64,000 bases of DNA from Candidatus Pacearchaeota archaeon (GCA_018303855.1 JAGVXI010000006.1:105181-169180), one strand, 5' to 3'; shown: positions 46,236 through 54,400, counted from the first letter of the stretch. Program-made: numbers and translations. The notes: generated by a model not told the origin, from the letters alone.

Positions 46236-46955
46236 ATGGATCACATAAAAGAAGCTTTTCAAAAGGTGAAAGAAGATATACAAGAACTCAAAAAAGAGCT
46301 TAATTCTTTTAAAATATCTTTGGAAGATATACTAAAAGAGATGGTTAGATTATGTGAAATTGTAGAACAGTTTTCTGGGAAATTAAAAGAAAATTCCAGG
46401 CAAGAAGTACTAAAAGAACCTTCTTCTGCTCCCACACTTAAACCTAAAATTCCCACATCTCCATTAGATATTCCAACACATAACTTTAGTTTAAAACCCC
46501 TAAAACCCCAAAATTTGCTTATTTCCACTGGAAATGAAGGGGTTCCAACAAACAGACAAATAGACAAACAGACAAACAAATACATCACTTTAGAGCCAAA
46601 AGTAGAGAAAAAAGAGGAAAATCCCATTAAAAACGCTTCAGAAATATTTGACTCATTAGACAACCTTAAAAAAGAAATTAGGCTAAAATTTAAAAGATTA
46701 ACAGAACAGGAGATTTTAGTGTTCTCAACAATTTACCAGCTTGAAGAAGAGCAAGGCCAGGTAGAATACAAAACAATTTCAAATAAATTGAATCTTAGTC
46801 AAAGTTCCATTAGAGACTACGTTGGCAGACTCATCCTGAAAGGAATTCCCGTCGAGAAAAAAAGAATAAATAACAAAACAATCCTTCTTTCAATTTCTCA
46901 GGACCTCAAAAAAATAGCTTCTTTATCTGCAATTCTCAAATTACGGGATATTTAA
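46236..46955 (+). CDS. Coiled-coil plus C-terminal wHTH protein
   Basis: N-terminal coiled coil (KEAFQKVKEDIQELKKELNSFK), Pro/Ser-rich linker, and C-terminal LTEQEILVFSTIYQLEEEQGQVEYKTISNKLNLSQSSIRDYVGRLILKGIPVEKKR. Confidence 0.65.
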   Translation: MDHIKEAFQKVKEDIQELKKELNSFKISLEDILKEMVRLCEIVEQFSGKLKENSRQEVLKEPSSAPTLKPKIPTSPLDIPTHNFSLKPLKPQNLLISTGNEGVPTNRQIDKQTNKYITLEPKVEKKEENPIKNASEIFDSLDNLKKEIRLKFKRLTEQEILVFSTIYQLEEEQGQVEYKTISNKLNLSQSSIRDYVGRLILKGIPVEKKRINNKTILLSISQDLKKIASLSAILKLRDI

Positions 46956-47094
46956 CCTAGATTTCCTGTACACCGAACAATTATAATTCTCACTAATTAA
47001 AGTTCACTATTTTCTTAAATTCCCTAATTTTATCTTTTTAAGGTTTTTAAGTCTAACTTCCTATTGTTTATTACTTTTTACTTAATAAAATCCC

Positions 47095-47715
47095 CTATTC
47101 TGCTAGTTTTTTCTTTAATTTTTGTTCTTTATTAACTCTCACTTTCACCTTTTTTAGCATATATTTCTTCATGCTTTCAGGCAAGAAAACTCTCTTTTTT
47201 CCGTTTTTCTCAATAATCTCCTCTATTAAGTTTGGATTCTTTTGTTTTATTCCGTTTAACTGGTTTCTAATTGTTGATCTCTCTTTTCCAAGAACTGTAG
47301 CTAAATCTTCATAACTTAGTTTCATATCTGTATTTAATAAAACCCATACAATTGCTTTTTCAGTTATTGAAAAATGGTTAAAATTTGGTGTTTGGTCAGC
47401 TGTTTGGTCAGCTGTTTGGTCAGCTTGAACACCTGCCCGTTTATTAGACAGCTGTTTAATTGTTTTAAATCCTCCAGCTGGGCGTAGATTTCCTAGTATA
47501 GAAACCATATTTTTTACTCCTTCAATCTCTTCATTTGTCGTCGATAAATTCTCTTTGATGGTATAAATATCACTTTCTTGTTTAATTCTCTGAATATCTA
47601 AGTGTTTAATCCACTGAGTTAAGTTTTGGATGTCGTTTTTTACAGAATCAAAACTCTTTTTTGTGTCTTCTTTGACTTTTTCAACCTCTTTTTTTCTAAA
47701 AAACCACCCAAACAT
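47095..47715 (-). CDS. Coiled-coil plus C-terminal wHTH protein (same architecture as 46236..46955)
   Basis: I placed the start at MFGWFFRKKEVEKVKEDTKK (47715), which has an A/T-rich TATA-like stretch about 25 nt upstream. (ADQT)3 linker. C-terminal ITEKAIVWVLLNTDMKLSYEDLATVLGKERSTIRNQLNGIKQK. Confidence 0.6.
   Translation of the reverse strand: MFGWFFRKKEVEKVKEDTKKSFDSVKNDIQNLTQWIKHLDIQRIKQESDIYTIKENLSTTNEEIEGVKNMVSILGNLRPAGGFKTIKQLSNKRAGVQADQTADQTADQTPNFNHFSITEKAIVWVLLNTDMKLSYEDLATVLGKERSTIRNQLNGIKQKNPNLIEEIIEKNGKKRVFLPESMKKYMLKKVKVRVNKEQKLKKKLAE
47389..47424. repeat. Perfect 12-nt tandem repeat x3 (TGTTTGGTCAGC) inside a CDS
   Basis: Three identical units read directly. They encode ADQTADQTADQT on the minus strand. 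Confidence 0.95.
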
Positions 47716-47885
47716 ATTATATATTATAACCATATATTTAAAAATCTTTTGTTTCCGAAGAAAATTCAAGTAAATTTCAGAAGATAGCGTGTGTAAAATT
47801 CTCTGGCAAATATAATCAAATCCTGGAAGCCTCACTAAAAATATGCTGTTTATATCAAAAAATCATTTTAAACAGCCTGACTAAA

Positions 47886-47905
47886 CACCTTTAGTCACCT
47901 TTAGG
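47886..47905. repeat. Tandem 10-bp direct repeat CACCTTTAG(T/G)
   Basis: CACCTTTAGT CACCTTTAGG in the divergent intergenic region. Confidence 0.85.
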
Positions 47906-47915
47906 CAATTTAAAC

Positions 47916-47937
47916 AGGTTATTTGTAGGTTATTTAT
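47916..47937. repeat. Tandem 11-bp direct repeat AGGTTATTT(G/A)T
   Basis: AGGTTATTTGT AGGTTATTTAT. Confidence 0.85.
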
Positions 47938-47973
47938 CTAAAAACTTGCACAATTAATATTGCTATTACATTC

Positions 47974-47996
47974 TGCACTAAGCATGTCTTAGTGCA
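47974..47996. repeat. Perfect palindrome, 9-bp arms and 5-nt spacer
   Basis: TGCACTAAG-catgt-CTTAGTGCA. Confidence 0.9.
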
Positions 47997-48100
47997 CAAA
48001 CCTCGCCTGTATATAAAAAATTGATTTAAAAAACACTTGCCAAAAAGTCTATATTTTATAAAACAATAATGGTTAAATACCCTTTAAATGTCTGGTTGCA

Positions 48101-48610
48101 ATGGAATACACAGATGCTCAAAGAAAAAGAATAACTCCTGGGTTTTATCGTGATGAAGATTTTGTGGTTTATTGTCTGGAATCTTCAAAACCAGTATTGG
48201 GCGTTGATTGTTCTTGTGGAAGAAGAGGAATTGGCAAAGATTTCCAGGGTTTTTGCTCTGAATTAACTCCAATTTCATCCTTAGATCAAGCTTTATTTAA
48301 TAAAAGGTTTAATACTCAAGCAAGGGAGTTCATAAAACTGAAAATACAAGAAATCAAAGAAAATAGTGCTCTTTCTTCACATGCATATGAGCAGCTGGCA
48401 GGCCAAATTTATGAGGCCCAGCAAGCTCTTAAGGCAGTTGGCAAGGGCAATTCTTTAGCAAAAATGGTTTCTGTAACAGATGTTGATATAACTGCATTTC
48501 CTGAATTTGATAAGAAGTATAAAGTCGGACAAGGAGGAGTTACAAGGATAATGGCTTTAGAGCAATATACAAAAGATCTGACTGATTCAGTTAAAATTTT
48601 AGCTAATTGA
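48101..48610 (+). CDS. Hypothetical 169-aa protein (island gene)
   Basis: ORF visibly richer in G+C than its surroundings. N-terminal Cys cluster (CLESS...CSCGRRG...C), then a helical C-terminal half. No family recognised. Confidence 0.55.
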   Translation: MEYTDAQRKRITPGFYRDEDFVVYCLESSKPVLGVDCSCGRRGIGKDFQGFCSELTPISSLDQALFNKRFNTQAREFIKLKIQEIKENSALSSHAYEQLAGQIYEAQQALKAVGKGNSLAKMVSVTDVDITAFPEFDKKYKVGQGGVTRIMALEQYTKDLTDSVKILAN

Positions 48611-48657
48611 ACTTAGGTAAGCTAAGTGAACACAGATTAAAATGAACTCATAATAGG

Positions 48658-48891
48658 ATGGAAGAAATAAAAAGGTTTAAGGATTTTATTTATAACGGGG
48701 ATCCTACAAATAGGCAGTATTATTCATTAAAGCGGGGTCATTATACTTGCACAAATGTTATTGGACAAGAGGGTGTACATTCCACACTTTCTGCAATTAT
48801 TCTATACAAGCATCCTACCTCTCATTTACAGATAGAAGAGCAAGTTAAGCTTTTTGATTTATCAGAAGATATTTGGGTTAAGAATCTATAA
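48658..48891 (+). CDS. Hypothetical 77-aa protein (island gene)
   Basis: ORF only. Confidence 0.4.
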   Translation: MEEIKRFKDFIYNGDPTNRQYYSLKRGHYTCTNVIGQEGVHSTLSAIILYKHPTSHLQIEEQVKLFDLSEDIWVKNL

Positions 48892-49165
48892 GATACTAAT
48901 TTCTTAATATTTTATTAATACTCTCAACATTCTACTTCTAAACCCTTAATAAAAACAAAATATTTATTAACTTAGAGTCCTCTAAAGTCACGTGCACCAC
49001 GATTGTTATACCCTAAGTTCACGATTAATCATTTAAAATCTAAGTAAAATAACAAAAAAAGGAGGAAAACCACAACATCTAACACGTCCGAGCTGTGAAC
49101 ATTAACAATGATTTATGCAATTTTTTTTGATGAAGAATGAAACTGGAAGAATACTATAATAAAAA

Positions 49166-49540
49166 ATGAATAAACGAAAATCTGTTCCAAAATCTTTGCG
49201 AGAAAAGGTTTGGAGTTTAGTTTCTGGAAGATGTCATATATGTGGAAAAAGGCTTAAGAAAAATGCGAAAAAGGGGGAATATGGCGGGTGGCATGTGGGG
49301 CATATTAAAGCCCATGCAAGAGGCGGATCACAAGCTATCGGAAACCTCTTACCAACTTGCAGAGATTGTAATCTTATCTTGAAACATTCTGGAAGCAAGA
49401 GAATCAAAAAAATATTACGTCTTGGAGTCTGGGGAGAGGCAGAGATCAGAGGAAAAACAAAGTTAGGAAAACAATTGTCTGTATTATATAGAAATAGAAA
49501 ATTGGAAAGAGTGAGAAGAAGAAATGATAAAAAAGGTTAA
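49166..49540 (+). CDS. HNH endonuclease
   Basis: CHICGKRL...WHVGHIKAHARGGSQAIGNLLPTCRDCN is the CxxC...H..H...N...CxxCN beta-beta-alpha-metal motif. Confidence 0.8.
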   Translation: MNKRKSVPKSLREKVWSLVSGRCHICGKRLKKNAKKGEYGGWHVGHIKAHARGGSQAIGNLLPTCRDCNLILKHSGSKRIKKILRLGVWGEAEIRGKTKLGKQLSVLYRNRKLERVRRRNDKKG

Positions 49541-49982
49541 GAAAGTTAATATAAAATTTAAAAAATGGGCTGGTAAACCTATTAAAAATACAATGGGCAA
49601 TAAAGAGGTCTTAGATGTTAATGGAGAACCTTTATTCGCTGAATTAGCATATTTAACATATCTAAAAAATGAGGGTTGGGAGGGAGTATGGATTAATAAT
49701 TGGAGAAAGAAATTTCAAAATAAAATGCCTTTTGAACAGCCAGATGGCACAAAAATACCAGACGACAAACTTGAATTCTTAACAAAATTATGGAAAAAAA
49801 ACAAAGGCAGAGGCGGAACATGGGACATCTTTGCCTGGAAAGGCGAAAAGGTGCTATTTGTTGAACTTAAAGGTCCTAAAGATAAAATCAGGCCTAACCA
49901 AATTAAATGGTTTTTGGCGTCACTGAAGGTAGGAATTCCCTTGGAATCTTTTCAGATAGTTGAATGGAGTAACCTAAAATGA
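49524..49982 (+). CDS. VRR-NUC (PD-(D/E)xK) nuclease domain protein
   Basis: GGTWDIFAWKGEKVLFVELKGPKDKIRPNQIKWF matches D...ExK...Q..W of VRR-NUC. Overlaps the HNH gene by 17 nt. Confidence 0.75.
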   Translation: MIKKVKKVNIKFKKWAGKPIKNTMGNKEVLDVNGEPLFAELAYLTYLKNEGWEGVWINNWRKKFQNKMPFEQPDGTKIPDDKLEFLTKLWKKNKGRGGTWDIFAWKGEKVLFVELKGPKDKIRPNQIKWFLASLKVGIPLESFQIVEWSNLK

Positions 49983-50773
49983 CCCCCAAACCATCAAACC
50001 AAAACTCAACAAAGTCTTTGGCTGCAGTTTATATAAGAGTTTCAACAGAAGAGCAGGCAAAACAAGGTATTTCTCTTTCTGCCCAAGAAGAAGCTCTAAA
50101 AAACTATGCCAAAGCTTTAGGCTATGAAATTATAGAGGTGTATAAAGACGAAGGCAAGTCAGCAAAAGACATCAAAGGCAGGCAAGCAATGACCCGCTTA
50201 TTGGTAGATGCTCAAAACCATAAATTTCAGGCAATTTTTATTTATAAATTAGATAGGTTTTCTCGTTCTTTGCGTGATCTAATAGAGACAATTGCTAAAC
50301 TAAAAGAGTGGAACATAGATTTTGTTTCTTTGCAAGATAAAATAGAAACAACAAGTGCAAGCGGAAAGTTAATGTTCCACATTATTTCAGCATTTGCAGA
50401 GTTTGAAAGAAATGTTACGGGCGAAAGAACTAAATTTTCATTAGATAAAAAAGCCAGAGACGGTAGTCCAATAACAAGAGCACCATTTGGCTACAAAATA
50501 GTTGACAAAAAACTCATGCAAGCAGAAGATTCTTATCTTGTGCAAGAACTTTTCCAAGAATTTTTGAATACAAAAACAAGCCTCACACAGTTAGCAAAAA
50601 AATATAATTTAAGCGTGAATGGATTAAAAAAAGTTTTAACAAACCAAACTTATTTGGGGAAAATTAAATTTGATGGGCAAATACATCAAGGAAATCACCA
50701 AGCTTTAATCTCCTCAACTTTATTTAATCATGTTCAAAATAAGTTAAAAACTTTTTTAAAAAGTGAGAAATAA
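49979..50773 (+). CDS. Serine recombinase (resolvase catalytic domain plus recombinase domain, no zinc-ribbon/coiled-coil tail)
   Basis: AAVYIRVSTEEQ (catalytic Ser), YKDEGKSAK, YKLDRFSRS, SLQDKIETTSASGKLMF..FAEFER, then PFGYKI...LTNQTYLGKI recombinase-domain motifs. Overlaps the VRR-NUC gene by 4 nt. Confidence 0.9.
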   Translation: MTPKPSNQNSTKSLAAVYIRVSTEEQAKQGISLSAQEEALKNYAKALGYEIIEVYKDEGKSAKDIKGRQAMTRLLVDAQNHKFQAIFIYKLDRFSRSLRDLIETIAKLKEWNIDFVSLQDKIETTSASGKLMFHIISAFAEFERNVTGERTKFSLDKKARDGSPITRAPFGYKIVDKKLMQAEDSYLVQELFQEFLNTKTSLTQLAKKYNLSVNGLKKVLTNQTYLGKIKFDGQIHQGNHQALISSTLFNHVQNKLKTFLKSEK

Positions 50774-50774
50774 G

Positions 50775-51305
50775 ATGAATATAAAAAATTTTTATGCAAT
50801 AAACTGGTTGCTTCGTTTAATTATTCTAGCGTCTATTGCATATTTTCTTATTAATAATAAGCTAAATGTCGGAGTTTTTTTATTAATTTTTTTGATTATT
50901 ATCATTTTTACAGTAAAGCTATCCCAAAAAATTGAGTTAATTTTGCTTATTTTGCTTTTAATTCACATTGCAGGAATTTTATGGCTCTATACCACAAACT
51001 GGTTTGATTTAATATTTCACTTTGTTTGGGGCTTTTTTCTCGCACAAATTATTTTAATTTATTTGAAATCAGATAAAAAAACAAGGCTATCCATGTTATT
51101 AACAACATTTTTCGCAGTTTCTTTAGCAACTCTTTTTGGGGTTTTGTGGGAATTTTTTGAATTTTTTTGGGATAGTTCTTTTGCTGTCAATTCCATTTAC
51201 CCCCGCGCTCAAGTTAGTCTTGCAGACACAATGGTAGATTTGATATTAGATGTATTAGGAGCAATAATAGCGAGTTGTTTCTATTTTTTTAAGCATCAAT
51301 CATAA
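50775..51305 (+). CDS. Integral membrane protein, unknown family
   Basis: About 5 TM segments. ATG 2 nt after the recombinase stop. Motif LWEFFEFFWDSSF...ADTMVDLILDVLG. Confidence 0.55.
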   Translation: MNIKNFYAINWLLRLIILASIAYFLINNKLNVGVFLLIFLIIIIFTVKLSQKIELILLILLLIHIAGILWLYTTNWFDLIFHFVWGFFLAQIILIYLKSDKKTRLSMLLTTFFAVSLATLFGVLWEFFEFFWDSSFAVNSIYPRAQVSLADTMVDLILDVLGAIIASCFYFFKHQS

Positions 51306-51581
51306 ACTTTTTATCTCATAAATATTTTTAAATCCGCGATTTCTACATGCATAGAGATGTCAAGAAAAACAAATATCGCAAAAGAAGGTGGTCTCACATT
51401 GAAATCACAGCTTTTAGTATTGTTGATTTACATCCAATTGAAGATAACGATACATCTTTAATTGCTTATTGTTCTTGGTTAAATCATCCAGGAGTATTAT
51501 CTGAGAGAAAATATTATGAATGCAAAAGAACAACTTGTCCTCATCTCCGTATATACAAAAAAATTTAAATTAGCTTATCAC

Positions 51582-51989
51582 TCATCTATAAGACTTTTGT
51601 CTTTTTCTTCTAGCTTTACTATCCCCTGGTTTATAAGCTTCTTTTCTTCTTATATCTGCAACCAAAAGAAATTTATCATAATCTGCAAAAGCTTTTCTCA
51701 ATTCTTTTGACTTAGAAAAACCTACAATTGCTCTTGCTAATGCAAGTCTTGCTGCACCTATTTGTCCTTTATCACCACCACCCCTTACTGTAATATTAAC
51801 ATTAAAATTTATTTTTCCCAGAACTCTTTCGGCAATTCTTAGCGGTTCTTCTATTTGTAATTTGTCAAGAAAATAGAGGTTAACATAATTTTTTTTATTA
51901 ATATTAATTTTGCCATCTCCTTCTGTAAGAACAGCTCTTGCTATTGCCGTCTTCTTTTTTCCTGATGCAATTATTTTAATCTGTGCCAT
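51582..51989 (-). CDS. rps9: Ribosomal protein uS9
   Basis: MAQIKIIASGKKKTAIARAVL...GGGDKGQIGAARLALARA...RRKEAYKPGDSKARRKRQKSYR. I placed the start at 51989, 1 nt after the L13 stop. Confidence 0.9.
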   Translation of the reverse strand: MAQIKIIASGKKKTAIARAVLTEGDGKININKKNYVNLYFLDKLQIEEPLRIAERVLGKINFNVNITVRGGGDKGQIGAARLALARAIVGFSKSKELRKAFADYDKFLLVADIRRKEAYKPGDSKARRKRQKSYR

Positions 51990-51990
51990 T

Positions 51991-52389
51991 TTATAACGAG
52001 TTTTGAATCTTTCCAACTTCTATAAACTTATACCCTTTTTCTTTTCCCGCAGAAATTTTTTTCCTCGATTCAAATTCTTTTGGGACTCCCACATAACATC
52101 TTATTTTTTTGAATGCTTCTCTTCCTCTTCCGGTCCTATGGCTTGGCAACATTCCCCTAATAGCCCTTTTTACAATTTTTTCACTTAATCCAGATATTTT
52201 TGGGCCCTGCTGTCCGCTTCCAACCCTTCTTTTACTCTGAAGAAATTTTTCTTTTATGTCTTTTTTATTACCTGTGATAATCACACTTTCGCAATTTACA
52301 ATTACAACTTCTTCTCCTCTTAATGCTTGCTTTGCTGTATAACTTGAAAGCCTTCCCAAAATAGCATTTTTTCCGTCTATAATTATCAT
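51991..52389 (-). CDS. rpl13: Ribosomal protein uL13
   Basis: MIIIDGKNAILGRLSSYTAKQALRGEEVVIVNCE...MLP..RTGRG..AFKKIRCYVG. Confidence 0.9.
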   Translation of the reverse strand: MIIIDGKNAILGRLSSYTAKQALRGEEVVIVNCESVIITGNKKDIKEKFLQSKRRVGSGQQGPKISGLSEKIVKRAIRGMLPSHRTGRGREAFKKIRCYVGVPKEFESRKKISAGKEKGYKFIEVGKIQNSL

Positions 52390-52643
52390 TTTATTTTTAA
52401 TAAAGGAACCATTTTGACCTTAGCATATTTATGGGTTTTTCTATATAGAGCTGGATAACTGTGATTATAACCTTTTGCAGAAAAATTATAAGCTAATATT
52501 TCTTTACCACTAAGTTTAAATATTTTTTTGGTAGGATAATCCTGGAGTAATCTTTTTAAAAGAGGGCTCCACTCATAATCGATGAGTACTTCTAAATATT
52601 TTCTGGAAACTCCTACTAAATTAGTGAATAGTTGCCCCATCAT
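52386..52643 (-). CDS. Unknown 85-aa basic protein embedded in the L18e-L13-S9 operon
   Basis: ATGA start/stop overlaps with both L18e (upstream) and L13 (downstream). No motif recognised. Confidence 0.5.
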   Translation of the reverse strand: MMGQLFTNLVGVSRKYLEVLIDYEWSPLLKRLLQDYPTKKIFKLSGKEILAYNFSAKGYNHSYPALYRKTHKYAKVKMVPLLKIK

Positions 52644-53008
52644 TTTATTATCTTTACTCCCTTTGCGCTAGGGTTTTTTTTAATTTCTTCTATTAATGGA
52701 ACAATTTCGCATCTGGATTTTAATAGCTTTTCTCTTGCTGATTCAGAAAAGTCCAGTGCAGCAATCCTTATCTTTTTTTTAATCTCTCCCTGCCCAAGCA
52801 CTTTTCCAGGCATAGCTATTGTATCCCCCTCTTTAACATTTTTATTTAGATAGTCTAAATTAATTATAATCTGCTTTCTTCTTGGCCCAGAAATTATTCC
52901 GGCAACTTCAACCCAAGCTTTTTGTTTTTTCGCAGCGATGATAGTATTAACTATTTCAGGATTTGTTTTCTTTTTTGTTTGTTTTGATATCTTTGTTTTT
53001 GACTTCAT
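52640..53008 (-). CDS. rpl18e: Ribosomal protein eL18 (L18e)
   Basis: KKTNPEIVNTIIAAKK...ISGPRRKQIIINL...GDTIAMPGKVLGQGEI.KKIRIAAL.FSESAREKL. Confidence 0.85.
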   Translation of the reverse strand: MKSKTKISKQTKKKTNPEIVNTIIAAKKQKAWVEVAGIISGPRRKQIIINLDYLNKNVKEGDTIAMPGKVLGQGEIKKKIRIAALDFSESAREKLLKSRCEIVPLIEEIKKNPSAKGVKIIK

Positions 53009-53121
53009 TTTTTATTAAATAATCTTAACAAGAAGTATTAACTTCCTGCTAAACGCGTTAACTCGCAGTTGTTTTGTTCAGCAAAAATTAGTTTATAAAG
53101 CTTGTTATTATCTTAAATTAA

Positions 53122-53910
53122 CTATTGTGCAAAATAATAAGCCTTTTTATTATCAATGCGCTTAACAGAATAATTAAATTTTTTAAGGAGTGTTTTTATT
53201 TTACCTACAGTTTTTCCTCTACTCTCAAAAATTACCTTTGGATGCATCTTAAGAGTTTTAATCGCCCCTTTTAAAACTTCTAATTCTGCTCCCTCAACAT
53301 CTATTTTTATTAGCTCAACTTTCTTAATATCTAAACTCCTCAATAAGTTGTCTAATTTTATTTTCTTCACTTTAATATTCTTATCCGGAATCTTAGCGTT
53401 ATTATCTAGCCCATGATGATACTCTTTTATTAACGAATGATGTCCTGGAATTTCGTCGATATACAGATCAGTTAAACCGTCTTCAGCAGCGCATGCAGCT
53501 TCTACAACTGTAAAATTATTTAGTTTATTTATTTCCTTGTTCTTTTTTATTATTTTTACATTTCTGGGTTCTGGTTCAATAGCTATAATTTTCCCTTTGT
53601 TCTTTATTCTATTTCCCACTTTTATTGAGTATTTCCCAATGTTTGCCCCGATATCTATAAATACACCCTCATTAAGATTAAAAAAATCTTTTAAATATGG
53701 CTCATGGAAAGAACTTGCTACCCAAACAGACTCCATTCTTTTTCCACAATAAAAAATTCCATCATTATTTTTTAGTGTAACATTAAAAATCAGTCTTTTA
53801 TTTTTGGTCAATAAATAAAATAACAAAGCCAATTTATCTTTAATGGTTCTACCCTCTTTTAAAATGCCTAATCCCTTGATTAGCTTATTTTTTATGTTTG
53901 TTATATGCAT
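53122..53910 (-). CDS. FkbM-family SAM-dependent methyltransferase
   Basis: FIDIGANIGKYS, IAIEPEPRN, IKIDVEGAELEVLKG. Confidence 0.8.
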   Translation of the reverse strand: MHITNIKNKLIKGLGILKEGRTIKDKLALLFYLLTKNKRLIFNVTLKNNDGIFYCGKRMESVWVASSFHEPYLKDFFNLNEGVFIDIGANIGKYSIKVGNRIKNKGKIIAIEPEPRNVKIIKKNKEINKLNNFTVVEAACAAEDGLTDLYIDEIPGHHSLIKEYHHGLDNNAKIPDKNIKVKKIKLDNLLRSLDIKKVELIKIDVEGAELEVLKGAIKTLKMHPKVIFESRGKTVGKIKTLLKKFNYSVKRIDNKKAYYFAQ

Positions 53911-54040
53911 TTGATTAAATTCTATTTCTTAGAGTATTAACTTTAAAATAATATCTATGCACTAAGGAAATTTATGCTGAAGACAGGATTCTAGCTTGCA
54001 CGCCCCAAGTGTTGTTATAAACTTAACATTGGGTTAAAAG

Positions 54041-54196
54041 TTATTTGTCTATTTCCTTAAGAATTTTTTCCACTTCTCTTGTAACGTATCTTATAACTTC
54101 TTCTTCTGTTGCTTTTGGATTTTTTTCTTTGTACTTTGTTGCGTGTGAAGCTCCAGAAATGATACCCATCTTCATTCTGTTTTTATCTTCTCTCAT
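54041..54196 (-). CDS. Possible 51-aa small protein, not in ORF track
   Basis: My translation: MREDKNRMKMGIISGASHATKYKEKNPKATEEEVIRYVTREVEKILKEIDK. Confidence 0.3.
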   Translation of the reverse strand: MREDKNRMKMGIISGASHATKYKEKNPKATEEEVIRYVTREVEKILKEIDK

Positions 54197-54247
54197 ATTT
54201 ACCTATCCAAAACATAATTTTTAAAGATTATGATGATTAAGTATTTA

Positions 54248-54331
54248 TGCGGGAAGAAGGATTCGAACCTTCGCAGGCACTAAGCCACGTGGTCCTTAGC
54301 CACGTCCATTTGACCGCTCTGGCATTCCCGC
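54248..54331 (-). tRNA. tRNA-Leu (class II, long variable arm), anticodon reads AAG
   Basis: Minus strand: GCGGGAA-TG-CCAG-AGCGGTCAAA-TGG-A-CGTGG-CTAAGGA-CCACG-TGGCTTAGTGCCTGC-GAAGG-TTCGAAT-CCTTC-TTCCCGC-A. 7-bp acceptor, GG in the D loop, GTTCGAATC T arm, discriminator A. No encoded CCA. Confidence 0.85.
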
Positions 54332-54400
54332 CGTATATAATCTTATAATTAAAGAAGCATATAAAAAACTTTAGCATTTTTACTCCAATAAGGTTCACAT

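Noticed and set aside
45969-46663. Minus-strand ORFs 45969..46283 and 46259..46663
   Set aside because: They are antisense to the two plus-strand wHTH genes, whose translations have clear helix-turn-helix and coiled-coil character.
48940-49165. GC-rich palindromic hexamers (CACGTG/GTGCAC) and a duplicated CACGATT upstream of the HNH gene, considered as a recombinase att site
   Set aside because: The elements are short and could arise by chance. Serine recombinases leave no long direct repeats, so the sequence alone cannot define an att site.
51347-51710. Track ORFs 51347..51568 (+) and 51516..51710 (+)
   Set aside because: The second is antisense to rps9. The first lies in the convergent gap, has no motif or upstream signal I could identify, and has an odd composition. 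Support is insufficient.
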